Assembly (NCBI GenBank): GCA_045631485.1
Contig: JAZQUU010000039.1
Span: 41,194-105,193 of the forward strand
Source: Clostridia bacterium
GTDB lineage: Bacteria > Bacillota > Clostridia > UMGS1840
DNA: 64,000 bases
Direction: 5' to 3'
The notes under the pieces: generated by a model
Database searches by the model: none
Seen by the model: only the letters and a program-made list of their open reading frames with translations
What the model was told of the DNA's origin: nothing
Part shown: piece after piece, positions 29,042 to 38,018 of the stretch
Position numbering within the stretch: the first letter of the stretch is position 1
Layout: each line of letters begins with the position of its first letter
Position numbers and translations under genes: made by a program

Positions 29042-29371
29042 TTACCTTATTTTTTTAATGAATACCTTGATAATACTGCCAATAACCAATCCCAGAGTTG
29101 ATACCACAAAATACCAGGAAGAATGTATCAAAGCAGATGTGTTATAGTAAATAAAAACCGATGGAATAAATAATATTGCCGTTAGAAAAGGATAGCAGAA
29201 TTTTATCCGTTTAACAGATATTACCCCAAACAGAAACGACAACAAAAATGTTGCCAGAATAATAAGAACTACCATTCCGATTATATCGGTAGGCCCTGCA
29301 AATAACGGAAAAATATAAAACATAAACAATTGAACGCTTAATATTATCAGTTCAGATAGATATTGTTTCAT
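29042..29371 (-). CDS. Small integral membrane protein (3-4 TM), unknown function
   Basis: The sequence is hydrophobic throughout. It lies 15 nt downstream of the CPBP protease gene on the same strand. Confidence 0.55.
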   Translation of the reverse strand: MKQYLSELIILSVQLFMFYIFPLFAGPTDIIGMVVLIILATFLLSFLFGVISVKRIKFCYPFLTAILFIPSVFIYYNTSALIHSSWYFVVSTLGLVIGSIIKVFIKKIR

Positions 29372-29386
29372 AACTCATCTCCCCTT

Positions 29387-30070
29387 TTATCGGATGATTC
29401 CAAACAAGATAAACCCGATGGTATTGATTGCAAAATTAGCAAACATGTGTACCAACCAGGAGGGATACACTGTTTCACTTTTTTCATTGAGATAATTAAA
29501 AATCATACCACCTGCAAAAAGCCCCGCCATCACAATAAAAAAGAGTCCGACTGAAAACCATCCGATCATCATGGCAATATGATAAACGGAAAATACTGCT
29601 GCACTGAATATGTAAGCAAATGTTCTTCCGGTAATTCGTTTTAAAGTTAAAAATGCAAAACCTCGAAAGAAAAATTCTTCCAGCAAGGAATTGATAAAAG
29701 AAATATATAATGACACAAAAATAAAATTTTTCCCTGTCACACCGATATTATTGGTCAAAGACTTTGTGATGGATGAATAATCAAAGAAATTCTTTGTAAG
29801 AAAATATCCGCCCAAAATAACTCCGTACACCGATACACATAGAATTAATGCAGTTTTCATTCCACTCTTTTTCGCTTTAAATATTTTCCTGATTTCAATG
29901 CTCTTGTCATAACGGGAATAAATCAAAGGAAACAGCAAAAACAAAATAAGTTTTATGAAGGATTTTAAAAAATAATTCGCCTGATAAACGCCGTCCACAA
30001 TCGCCATCACGACACAGAAAACGATAATCAATGCAACCATCAATATTGATTTTTTTGTATTGTTTTCCAT
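29387..30070 (-). CDS. CPBP-family (CAAX/Abi) intramembrane metalloprotease
   Basis: The motifs are EEFFFRGF, FSVYH and HMFANF. Confidence 0.85.
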   Translation of the reverse strand: MENNTKKSILMVALIIVFCVVMAIVDGVYQANYFLKSFIKLILFLLFPLIYSRYDKSIEIRKIFKAKKSGMKTALILCVSVYGVILGGYFLTKNFFDYSSITKSLTNNIGVTGKNFIFVSLYISFINSLLEEFFFRGFAFLTLKRITGRTFAYIFSAAVFSVYHIAMMIGWFSVGLFFIVMAGLFAGGMIFNYLNEKSETVYPSWLVHMFANFAINTIGFILFGIIR

Positions 30071-30328
30071 AACTTCTCCTAATTAAATCAGTTGAGCTGA
30101 ATCAACAAATTTCTTAATTTTCTTCCAATCATTTAATTGCCCTTCTTTCACCTTATGCTCTCCTTTCAACAGAGTCTTAACAGAACGAAAAACTCTGTCA
30201 CAGATAACAGTGATATTGTAGGGTTCGGCGATTTCCGACGAACCGAATATTTTTTTAAAACATCCTAAAGGCTGTTCCCTACAAATCCAACTGATTCAAA
30301 ACGTATCGCATCCTATTTACTTGTTTTT

Positions 30329-30591
30329 ACGAAGTTCGTGTCAAGTCAGGAGAACAGTGAATAATAAGAACCATCACGAAATATAACGAAATCAAAGATT
30401 TCTATATTTCGGAGAACCTTGATACTCGCAGGCTCGTATTAGGACCTACTATTTTTATCCTTATTTTTCACTGCTTTTCCCTCGAACAATTTCCTTAGAA
30501 CCCGCGAGAATAATGGATTTTCTCGCACCCGATGATATATGTAAATATCAAAATCGGCAAACTATTCTTTTAAATTGTATGGACTTGACAC
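30329..30591 (-). repeat. Copy A of a ~260-nt conserved structured non-coding element (candidate ncRNA or ssDNA-structured element), immediately 3' of ORF 30605..31129
   Basis: It is homologous to 52462-52738, with long identical blocks. It has a covarying hairpin at 30378-30410 and the hairpin GCGAGAA-N9-TTCTCGC at 30504-30526. A 10-bp terminal helix pairs 30338-30347 with 30582-30591. There is no credible ORF. Confidence 0.75.
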
Positions 30592-30604
30592 AAATCTTAA
30601 TTTG

Positions 30605-31129
30605 TTAGATTTGCAATCTTAATTTTGGTACAAACAATGAAAGAATAGCCTTTGCTTTTCCACCAAAACTCAAATCACCAAACCTCATGTCATCAAATCC
30701 GTCATTTTCATAATAAAAATCAGTTATAACAATTTCTTTCACCTTAAGAACACCAACATCTTCATCATCCACTTTTGTTTGAGTAATATTCTTATCAATA
30801 ACTACAACATATTTTGCCATATAGTCAAGGTCAAATTCTTTATTGATTTTTAATAATCTCGGGTTACAAATTGTATTAAGACACACATATTCATTCTCTA
30901 TATCTTTGTTCGTAGATTTCTCTACTCCCCAACTTGCACCTGTTACATAATCATAATCCAAAATACACACATCAACATTTTCTGTTTTATATTTATCTTG
31001 AATTAACTCATAAACATAATCAGCCTCATGAGGATTTATAGAGCAGATTTTTATGTTATTAACAACAAAGAACAAAACTACAATAACCAATAAGATTAAT
31101 GCTACATAAACTTTCTTATATTTTTTCAT
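30605..31129 (-). CDS. Hypothetical membrane-anchored protein (174 aa), cargo gene of repeat unit A
   Basis: The ATG at 31129 lies 7 nt after GGAG. A single N-terminal TM helix (VYVALILLVIVVLFFVV) is followed by a soluble domain. I recognise no family. Confidence 0.6.
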   Translation of the reverse strand: MKKYKKVYVALILLVIVVLFFVVNNIKICSINPHEADYVYELIQDKYKTENVDVCILDYDYVTGASWGVEKSTNKDIENEYVCLNTICNPRLLKINKEFDLDYMAKYVVVIDKNITQTKVDDEDVGVLKVKEIVITDFYYENDGFDDMRFGDLSFGGKAKAILSLFVPKLRLQI

Positions 31130-31164
31130 AAAATTACTCCTTTCTACATCATTCCCCACAATCC

Positions 31165-31199
31165 GACACGATTCTTACTCGTGTCAAGTCAGGATAAAA
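31165..31199 (-). repeat. 5' hairpin site of unit A (LE-A)
   Basis: The minus strand reads TTTTATCCTGACTTGACACGA-gtaagaa-TCGTGTC. The 21-nt core TCCTGACTTGACACGAGTAAG is identical to the distal end of element copy B. Confidence 0.7.
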
Positions 31200-31209
31200 A
31201 TATACTATC

Positions 31210-31238
31210 ATTCTATCACACAAATGCTATAATGTCAA
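31210..31238 (-). promoter_or_regulatory. Sigma-A type promoter firing into LE-A and cargo gene A
   Basis: On the minus strand, TTGACA, a 17-nt spacer, then TAGAAT preceded by an extended -10 TGa. The predicted start site falls a few nt before the conserved TTTTATCC. Confidence 0.6.
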
Positions 31239-31273
31239 ATTCTGTTTAATTAAAACATTCTGTCGGTAATTTC

Positions 31274-31302
31274 TTGACAATGTAGGGAAAATCGGGTAAA
31301 AT
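31274..31302 (+). promoter_or_regulatory. Sigma-A type promoter for tex
   Basis: TTGACA, a 17-nt spacer, then TAAAAT. Confidence 0.55.
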
Positions 31303-31336
31303 AAAAGATAAGTTTTTAAAATAAGGAGCGAATATC

Positions 31337-33484
31337 ATGAATATCATCCAAATGTTATCCCAGGAATTTTCCATTGGGGAAAAATACATACAGAATATCG
31401 TCAATTTAATTGACGAAAAAAACACCATTCCTTTTATTGCCCGTTACCGTAAGGAATTAACCAATTCCTGCGACGACCAGGTGTTGCGAGAAATTTTTGA
31501 CAGACTGACCTATCTTCGCAATTTAGAAGAAAGAAAACAGGAAATTATCAATTCCATTTCTGAGCAGGAAAAAATGACCGACGAAATCTTAAAGGATATT
31601 GAAGCGGCAACCACCTTGGCAAGACTGGAAGATATTTACCGTCCTTACAAACAGAAAAAGAAAACCCGTGCCTCCATGGCAAAAGAAAAAGGCCTTACTC
31701 CTTTATACGAACGAATGATTGCACAAGAAGATAAAATCGGTGATGTTTTGGAAATTGCCAAAGAATTTTTATCCGAAGCAGTTGAAACCCCGGAAGACGC
31801 TTTGCAGGGTGCCATGGATATTTTGGCAGAAGACGTCAGCGATAATCCTGCTTGTCGTGACAAAATCCGTAAACTTTATAATAAATCGGGTCTAATCAGC
31901 ACCACAGCAAAAGAGGAAGATGCCGAATCGGTTTATCAGATGTATTATGAATATTCCGAACCGGTACATAAAATCCCATCTCACAGAATCCTTGCCATTA
32001 ACCGTGGTGAAAAAGAAGATCTGTTAAAAGTTTCTGTGGTGATTGATGAAGAAAGTTGCCTGAGGGTGTTGGAAGACGAATATTTAAAACACGATTGCAT
32101 CTGGACAAGCTATGTGAAAGATGCGATTTCAGATGCCTATAAACGTCTGATTCACCCCTCTTTGGAGCGTGAAGTTCGTTCGTTATTAACCGATATGGCA
32201 TCGGAGCAGGCAATCAAAATTTTCGGTTTGAATTTAAAAGCATTGTTAATGCAACCTCCTATCAAAGGAAAAGTGGTATTAGCTGTTGACCCTGCATACC
32301 GTACCGGCTGCAAAATCGCTGTCTGCGACCAAACGGGAAAGGTGTTGGATACCACCGTTATCTACCCTACTCCTCCGCAGAACAAAATTGCAGAAGCTAA
32401 AATTACACTAAAAAAACTGATTGAAAAATATCAGGTTGAAATTATTTCTATCGGAAACGGGACCGCATCCAAAGAATCTGAATTATTTATCGCAGAACTG
32501 ATTGGTGAAATTGAGCGTCCCTTATCTTATATGGTGGTATCCGAAGCAGGAGCTTCGGTTTATTCCGCATCTAAATTAGGGGCTCAGGAATTCCCTGAAT
32601 TTGATGTTTCCTTACGTAGTGCGGTTTCTATCGGCAGACGTTTGCAGGATCCCTTATCCGAATTGGTTAAAATTGACCCCAAAGCAATCGGTGTTGGTCA
32701 ATATCAACACGATATGCCCCAAAAACGGTTGTCGGAAGCATTGCTTGGCGTTGTGGAAGATTGTGTTAACAAGGTTGGGGTTGACTTAAATACTGCATCC
32801 CCCTCTTTATTGGAATATGTGGCAGGACTCAGCGCATCCGTTGCAGGTAATATTGTGAAATATCGTGAAGAAAACGGTGCCTTTAAATCCCGTTCACAAC
32901 TTTTAAAAGTGCCGAAGCTTGGTCCGAAAGCGTATACTCAATGTGCAGGTTTCTTACGAATCCCCGACGGAAAAAATGTGTTGGATAATACCGGCGTTCA
33001 TCCTGAAACATACGATGCCTGCAAAGAAATTTTAAATCGTTTTTCTTATGATTTAGCCGATGTATCAAAAGGCAATATGGGAGAACTCGCCGTAAAAATT
33101 GATGGTTACGGTGCGAAAACCTTGGCAGAAGAATTAAACATCGGTCTTCCTACCTTGCAAGATATTGTGAAAGAACTTGCAAAACCCGGTCGTGATATTC
33201 GTGATGAATTGCCGCCTCCCCTTCTTCGCAAAGATATTTTGGATATCAAAGATTTAAAAGAAGGGATGGAAGTAACCGGAACCGTTCGAAATGTGGTTGA
33301 TTTCGGTGCATTTATTGACCTAGGGGTTCACCACGACGGGTTGGTGCATATTTCTCAGATTTCCGATAAATTTATCCGTCACCCCTCTGAAATCTTATCC
33401 GTTGGTCAGGTAGTTACCGCAACGGTGTTGTCTGTGGATTTATCCAAAAACAGAATTGCGCTCACCATGAAAAAGAAACCTTAA
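31337..33484 (+). CDS. tex: Tex-family transcription accessory protein (S1 RNA-binding)
   Basis: It has the Tex N-terminal domain (IPFIARYRKE), a YqgF-like domain, HhH motifs and a C-terminal S1 domain (GTVRNVVDFGAFIDLGVHHDGLVHISQ). Confidence 0.93.
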   Translation: MNIIQMLSQEFSIGEKYIQNIVNLIDEKNTIPFIARYRKELTNSCDDQVLREIFDRLTYLRNLEERKQEIINSISEQEKMTDEILKDIEAATTLARLEDIYRPYKQKKKTRASMAKEKGLTPLYERMIAQEDKIGDVLEIAKEFLSEAVETPEDALQGAMDILAEDVSDNPACRDKIRKLYNKSGLISTTAKEEDAESVYQMYYEYSEPVHKIPSHRILAINRGEKEDLLKVSVVIDEESCLRVLEDEYLKHDCIWTSYVKDAISDAYKRLIHPSLEREVRSLLTDMASEQAIKIFGLNLKALLMQPPIKGKVVLAVDPAYRTGCKIAVCDQTGKVLDTTVIYPTPPQNKIAEAKITLKKLIEKYQVEIISIGNGTASKESELFIAELIGEIERPLSYMVVSEAGASVYSASKLGAQEFPEFDVSLRSAVSIGRRLQDPLSELVKIDPKAIGVGQYQHDMPQKRLSEALLGVVEDCVNKVGVDLNTASPSLLEYVAGLSASVAGNIVKYREENGAFKSRSQLLKVPKLGPKAYTQCAGFLRIPDGKNVLDNTGVHPETYDACKEILNRFSYDLADVSKGNMGELAVKIDGYGAKTLAEELNIGLPTLQDIVKELAKPGRDIRDELPPPLLRKDILDIKDLKEGMEVTGTVRNVVDFGAFIDLGVHHDGLVHISQISDKFIRHPSEILSVGQVVTATVLSVDLSKNRIALTMKKKP

Positions 33485-33504
33485 CGGAAAGGAACCTTAT
33501 TTTT

Positions 33505-33903
33505 ATGAATCCTTATCAATCCTATTCTTCCTTAACTCTTGCCTATGTGGGAGATGCAATCTATGAGGTGTTTATTCGCACAAAATTAACCGAAAACGGG
33601 GATAAAAAAGTAAATCGTTTACATAAAGAAGCAAAAAAATTCGTCAGCGCAAAAGCTCAAAGCCAGATTGTGGAAGCTTTACTGGACACCCTTTCTCCCG
33701 ATGAAATTGATATTTTCAAACGAGGACGTAACACCAAAGTAAATACCAAAGCCAAAAATGCGGATTTTAAAGAATATCATAACGCTACGGGCTTAGAAGC
33801 ATTATTCGGTTATTTGTACCTTTGTAAGAATCAGGAGCGTTTAAAAGAACTGATGGAAAAATCTTATCAGATTGCAAGAGAACTGATGGGAGAAGCCTTA
33901 TGA
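33505..33903 (+). CDS. mrnC: Mini-ribonuclease 3
   Basis: LAYVGDAIYEVFIR and ATGLEALFGYLYL are the Mini-III signatures. Confidence 0.88.
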   Translation: MNPYQSYSSLTLAYVGDAIYEVFIRTKLTENGDKKVNRLHKEAKKFVSAKAQSQIVEALLDTLSPDEIDIFKRGRNTKVNTKAKNADFKEYHNATGLEALFGYLYLCKNQERLKELMEKSYQIARELMGEAL

Positions 33904-34889
33904 GAAAAGATTATACCCTGATGGTATTCAGTAACGGTACATTGGTTCACACAGAAAGTCCGACTCAATGTTTGTTTAACACGCCTCTTTCTTCGTTACC
34001 CGGCAAACGGATTGAGGAACTTTTCATCAGAGATTCCATTGAACAAATCACCAAGTTGGAACCAAATAAAAAGTCTTCCCTGAATATCTGCACCAAACAA
34101 ACAACATCCATCTTTCCTGCACGAGTGGCAAGAATAAAATTTCAAAAGACAGAAACTATTTTGATTTATACCAACGAAAATCTAAATCACACGAATTCGG
34201 ATGTTTCTCCAATTCGGAAGCAATCTGTATTGGAATCAATGCTTTCCCAAGAAAATAAAATTATTTATCAAATGATTGATGAAATGAAAACCACCAGAAA
34301 TCTTGCACAGATTAAGCATCTGAAGAAAGCGTTCTCTGATTTATATCAGAAAATTGATGATTGTGTGGCAAAAATTCTTATGACAAATCCTCTGGAGAAA
34401 TATCACCGGGAATCATTTAACTTTTCTCTCGCGATAAAAAATTATCTGGAAACCTACGAAGCAAATCATCCTGATAATGTCTGGGTTACTTATCGTGAAT
34501 TCAAGTCTGCTTTTGTGCTGGGAAGCCGTGAAAAACTATTTGATTTGATGGACTCATTCTTTTGCACTTTCCAAAACAATGCGGATACAAAAATTATTGT
34601 CCGTTTAATCTCGGAAAATGATGTTGCCACTGCGGACTTTACCGTATTATCCAATGATGTAAGAGCAGAATTTTCCAAAGAACTTACAGATTTTGCTTTA
34701 GATGAAAAGAAGCTTCTTGCAAAGCATGCGGGTTGCGAAGTGAAAACCTATTATCTTCCGAAGCAAGGTTATAAAATGACCATCTCATACGATAGCTATT
34801 CCGGTTATAAACTATACGAACCGGACGAAGAAACAGAAAGGATTGCACCTTATGAGAAAGATGCTCAGCTACTTACGACGAGCGATTGA
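33900..34889 (+). CDS. Hypothetical protein (329 aa) with a PAS-like N-terminus and a degenerate GHKL-like C-terminus
   Basis: The start overlaps the mrnC stop in an ATGA overlap. I recognise no catalytic motifs, so the domain guesses are weak. Confidence 0.45.
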   Translation: MRKDYTLMVFSNGTLVHTESPTQCLFNTPLSSLPGKRIEELFIRDSIEQITKLEPNKKSSLNICTKQTTSIFPARVARIKFQKTETILIYTNENLNHTNSDVSPIRKQSVLESMLSQENKIIYQMIDEMKTTRNLAQIKHLKKAFSDLYQKIDDCVAKILMTNPLEKYHRESFNFSLAIKNYLETYEANHPDNVWVTYREFKSAFVLGSREKLFDLMDSFFCTFQNNADTKIIVRLISENDVATADFTVLSNDVRAEFSKELTDFALDEKKLLAKHAGCEVKTYYLPKQGYKMTISYDSYSGYKLYEPDEETERIAPYEKDAQLLTTSD

Positions 34890-35592
34890 CGATTATCATA
34901 TGATTGCAGAAAATGACGTGATTGCCGTTGGAATATCAGGCGGTAAGGATTCTATCGTTTTATTTCAGGCGATGATTCAACTGAAGCGATTTTACCCAAT
35001 TCCGTTTGAACTGATAGGTATTACGGTTGATTTGGGATTTGAGACACCGCTTAAAACCGATGAAATCCAAAAACTTGCAGAAGAAAATAATATTTCCTAT
35101 CACGTCATCAAAACACAAATTAAGGAAATTGTATTTGATATCCGAAAAGAGGAAAATCCTTGTTCTTTATGTGCCAAACTGAGAAAAGGCGCCTTGATGG
35201 ATTATGCGAAACAATTAGGTTGTAACAAAGTGGCATTAGGGCATCACTATGATGATGTGGTAGAAACCTTTTTTATGAAGTTATTTTATGAAGGAAATGT
35301 CGGATGCTTCTCCCCTGTTACCTATTTAAGCAGGAGAGACATCACCCAGATAAGACCGCTCATCTTTGCTCCCGAAGCAGAAATTAAATCCACTGCCGAA
35401 CGGTTGGAATTGCCCGTATTTAAAAATCCATGTCCCAATGACGGAGAAAGTAAACGGCAGGAAATTAAAGATTTAATTTTTAATTTGCGAAAAGATTATC
35501 CCGATTTAAAAGAAAAAGTGTTTGGCGGATTATGTCGGGCAAAATTATCCGGTTTTACGGATGAAAGAACACCCCGCAAAAAATCCGAGTAA
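34852..35592 (+). CDS. PP-loop ATPase, TtcA-like tRNA thiolation enzyme
   Basis: The PP-loop SGGKDS is present, with CSLCAKLRKG and CPNDG Cys motifs. The ATG lies 9 nt after GAAAGGA. Confidence 0.8.
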   Translation: MRKMLSYLRRAIDDYHMIAENDVIAVGISGGKDSIVLFQAMIQLKRFYPIPFELIGITVDLGFETPLKTDEIQKLAEENNISYHVIKTQIKEIVFDIRKEENPCSLCAKLRKGALMDYAKQLGCNKVALGHHYDDVVETFFMKLFYEGNVGCFSPVTYLSRRDITQIRPLIFAPEAEIKSTAERLELPVFKNPCPNDGESKRQEIKDLIFNLRKDYPDLKEKVFGGLCRAKLSGFTDERTPRKKSE

Positions 35593-35689
35593 CACCATAA
35601 AGTCATATCAAAAATCCCTCTCACCATTTTTTTTAGCAAACATAAAATGGTTAGGGGGATTTTATATTGATTATAAAGAAGGTATCAAA

Positions 35690-35956
35690 ATGAAAACTTC
35701 TCAATATATTGCGGTGTTTCATTCATTATCCTATGCGGGACAAATTCGCAATCAATTTTGGTCAACACATCGTCCCGAGATTATTAAAACTCCCAAAAGC
35801 ATCCACGGCGGATGTTCCTATTCACTCGTCTTTCGGGAGGAACAATTAAATGACATGCTTCGTCTTTTAAAGAAACAAAACAAGGGCTTTCTGGGGATTT
35901 ATTATCAGAAGCCTAATGGTCGTTACGAGGAATTAACCAATGATTTACCTGGATAA
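35690..35956 (+). CDS. DUF3343-like small protein (putative Se/S carrier-like)
   Basis: MKTSQYIAVFHSLSYAGQIRNQF and a size of about 88 aa fit DUF3343. The 56 upstream codons in the ORF track lack coding character. Confidence 0.5.
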   Translation: MKTSQYIAVFHSLSYAGQIRNQFWSTHRPEIIKTPKSIHGGCSYSLVFREEQLNDMLRLLKKQNKGFLGIYYQKPNGRYEELTNDLPG

Positions 35957-37082
35957 TGCAGCAACAAGTAATCCGAAACCTTTTGCCGTAAAAAAAGCAA
36001 TGTGGGATGCGGTGTCAAATGCAGTGAATGTTGGCAGAAATTCCTCGCGACAAGCATTTTATTATGCAGACAAAATTCTGTCTGTACGGGAAAATATCGG
36101 AAAATTGATTGGTGTTTCTAATTATGAAAACATCATTTTCACCATGAATGCAAGTCACGGACTGAATTTTGCCATCAAAGGATTCTTGCCGAATGGCGGA
36201 ACTGTTGTGACCACAGAAACAGAACACAATTCTGTTTTAAGGCAGTTGCTCTCAAATGAAAAATTTTCTGTGACGATTCTGCCGTCAAAAAAAGACAATA
36301 CCCCGGATTTTTCCAAGTTGACCAAATGCGAGTATCCTTATCGGAATTTATTGGTTGTGAATGTTGTTTCCAATGTAACGGGTCTGGCACTTCCCTATCA
36401 ATCAATCTATCAAAAAGCTAATCAACTTGGTTGGACGATTCTGTTTGATTTTTCGCAAGCTATCGGAAATATTGATGTTGATTTATCCAAAATGAATCAT
36501 GTTATGGCGGTATTCAGCGGTCATAAATCATTGTTGGGACCGCAAGGGACAGGAGTTTTGTATGTTTCCAAAGATATTAAGCTTTCCTCGGTTTTAGAAG
36601 GCGGCACAGGAAGTTTGTCCAATGATTTTCATCAACCTGATTTTCTCCCCGACCAATTTGAGGTGGGAACCTTGAACACACCGGGAATTTTAGGCTTGGG
36701 AGAAGGCGTAAAATTTGTTTTAAAAAACTCTCCCAAAGCTCTTTTGGAACACAAACGGGAATTGTGCAAACTTGCATATAGTAATCTGAAAGAAATGAAA
36801 AATATCAAGCTGTACCACAATGGTGATTTTAGTCATCATGTTGGGATTTTATCGTTTAATATTTCTGATTTGCACTCAGAAGAAGCGGCAAATATTCTTT
36901 CAAAAAAATATCATATCAGCATGCGTGGCGGATTTCACTGCGCACCATTAATGCATCGGCAATTGGGAACGAATAACCAAGGAACTGTAAGAATCAGTCC
37001 CGGATATCGCACCACAAAAAACGAAATCCAAAAATTGATTGATGCAATTTATAACATTACAAAAACAGACGGGTTAAGTTAA
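35940..37082 (+). CDS. Class V aminotransferase / cysteine desulfurase family protein
   Basis: The features are IYLDNAATS, a PLP-lysine region SGHKSLLGPQGTG, and a C-terminal GGFHCAP. Confidence 0.85.
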   Translation: MIYLDNAATSNPKPFAVKKAMWDAVSNAVNVGRNSSRQAFYYADKILSVRENIGKLIGVSNYENIIFTMNASHGLNFAIKGFLPNGGTVVTTETEHNSVLRQLLSNEKFSVTILPSKKDNTPDFSKLTKCEYPYRNLLVVNVVSNVTGLALPYQSIYQKANQLGWTILFDFSQAIGNIDVDLSKMNHVMAVFSGHKSLLGPQGTGVLYVSKDIKLSSVLEGGTGSLSNDFHQPDFLPDQFEVGTLNTPGILGLGEGVKFVLKNSPKALLEHKRELCKLAYSNLKEMKNIKLYHNGDFSHHVGILSFNISDLHSEEAANILSKKYHISMRGGFHCAPLMHRQLGTNNQGTVRISPGYRTTKNEIQKLIDAIYNITKTDGLS

Positions 37083-37095
37083 CCCGTCTGTTTTT
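37065..37095 (+). terminator. Rho-independent terminator (overlaps the stop codon of the desulfurase gene)
   Basis: ACAGACGGGTTAA-g-TTAACCCGTCTGT followed by T4. Confidence 0.8.
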
Positions 37096-37127
37096 GTATG
37101 CATCTGATGATAGTATTTTTAATGAGA

Positions 37128-37325
37128 TTACTTTTTCCTTTCGGCAAGTTCTTCCTCATAGCATTTTGGGCATCTTGTGAGGGATGATGTGCGGCTTTTT
37201 AATTGAGTCTCCCATGTGTGGTTCTTTTTGCATTTCCACCATACCTTCACATAGGAACTATGTTTCACCGTTTCTGGAGTATTGGGGAAATTCTTTTCAC
37301 GATCCCATTCCTCCAACAGATACAT
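37128..37325 (-). CDS. Small zinc-ribbon protein (DUF4379-like treble clef)
   Basis: EWDREKN...VWWKCKKNHTWE...RCPKC. The start is the ATG 7 nt after AAGGA. Confidence 0.65.
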   Translation of the reverse strand: MYLLEEWDREKNFPNTPETVKHSSYVKVWWKCKKNHTWETQLKSRTSSLTRCPKCYEEELAERKK

Positions 37326-37379
37326 TTTATTTTCCTTGATGCAGAAATCTTTTAAATACACGCGCATCAACCTCCATAA

Positions 37380-38006
37380 TTATGCAAAGGATTTTTTCAC
37401 AACAATCTCAACGTTTTTTCCGCGAACGCCCACAATAATATCGTCGGCAAGTTTTGCAACGATAGAACGTTCCAACTCTGCATATTCGTCTTCTTTTTCT
37501 TCTACTGCTGTTTTATAGCTGAACAAAGACCAGGAACATACATAGCCCGTTTCGTATGCGATTGCAGGATCAATGTAGCCAAAGCCCATATTATAGCCGT
37601 GATAATCATAAAATTCTCCTGCAGGAAGTGTCTGCAGAGTGGAATCGGATGCTGCTAAAAGCATGGTTTCCGCAACTGCTCTGATTTTTCCCATAATACC
37701 TTTTGCTGCGGCATTTTTACCGGATTTTGAAACAGAAATCAGCTCGTCACTTACATCCATGCTCATATCGTCTGCCTTATGCTCTACGTGAAGCTCATAG
37801 TGTGCTCCTTCGTTTTCTGCCCAGAAGCAACCACTGAAATTTTCGATAAGTCCAGGAAGCATTCCGCAAAGTTCTTCTGCCAACAAACGAAGTCTTAATG
37901 CCTTTTTATTCTCCAAAGCGTTGTACGCAGTTACCTTTTCCACCTCAGAAAGTACCGCTTCCAAGCAAGTTAAATCTTCATTTAAGTTACAAATATTTGA
38001 TTTCAA
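37380..38006 (-). CDS. Hypothetical protein (208 aa), last-but-one gene of the signalling operon
   Basis: A TTG start lies 6 nt after AGGAGGAG, 12 nt downstream of the PP2C/HATPase gene. I recognise no family. Confidence 0.55.
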   Translation of the reverse strand: MKSNICNLNEDLTCLEAVLSEVEKVTAYNALENKKALRLRLLAEELCGMLPGLIENFSGCFWAENEGAHYELHVEHKADDMSMDVSDELISVSKSGKNAAAKGIMGKIRAVAETMLLAASDSTLQTLPAGEFYDYHGYNMGFGYIDPAIAYETGYVCSWSLFSYKTAVEEKEDEYAELERSIVAKLADDIIVGVRGKNVEIVVKKSFA

Positions 38007-38018
38007 TTAAATCTCCTC

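Noticed and set aside
30329-30591. A retron msr-msd interpretation of the element (terminal inverted repeats resembling a1/a2).
   Set aside because: No reverse transcriptase gene is adjacent or anywhere in the window. The element lies 3' of its neighbouring gene rather than 5' of an RT.
35522-35689. The N-terminal 56 codons of the ORF-track entry 35522..35956.
   Set aside because: This part overlaps the end of the TtcA-like gene in another frame and has no RBS. The DUF3343-like domain begins at the internal ATG at 35690, which has a GAAGG RBS.
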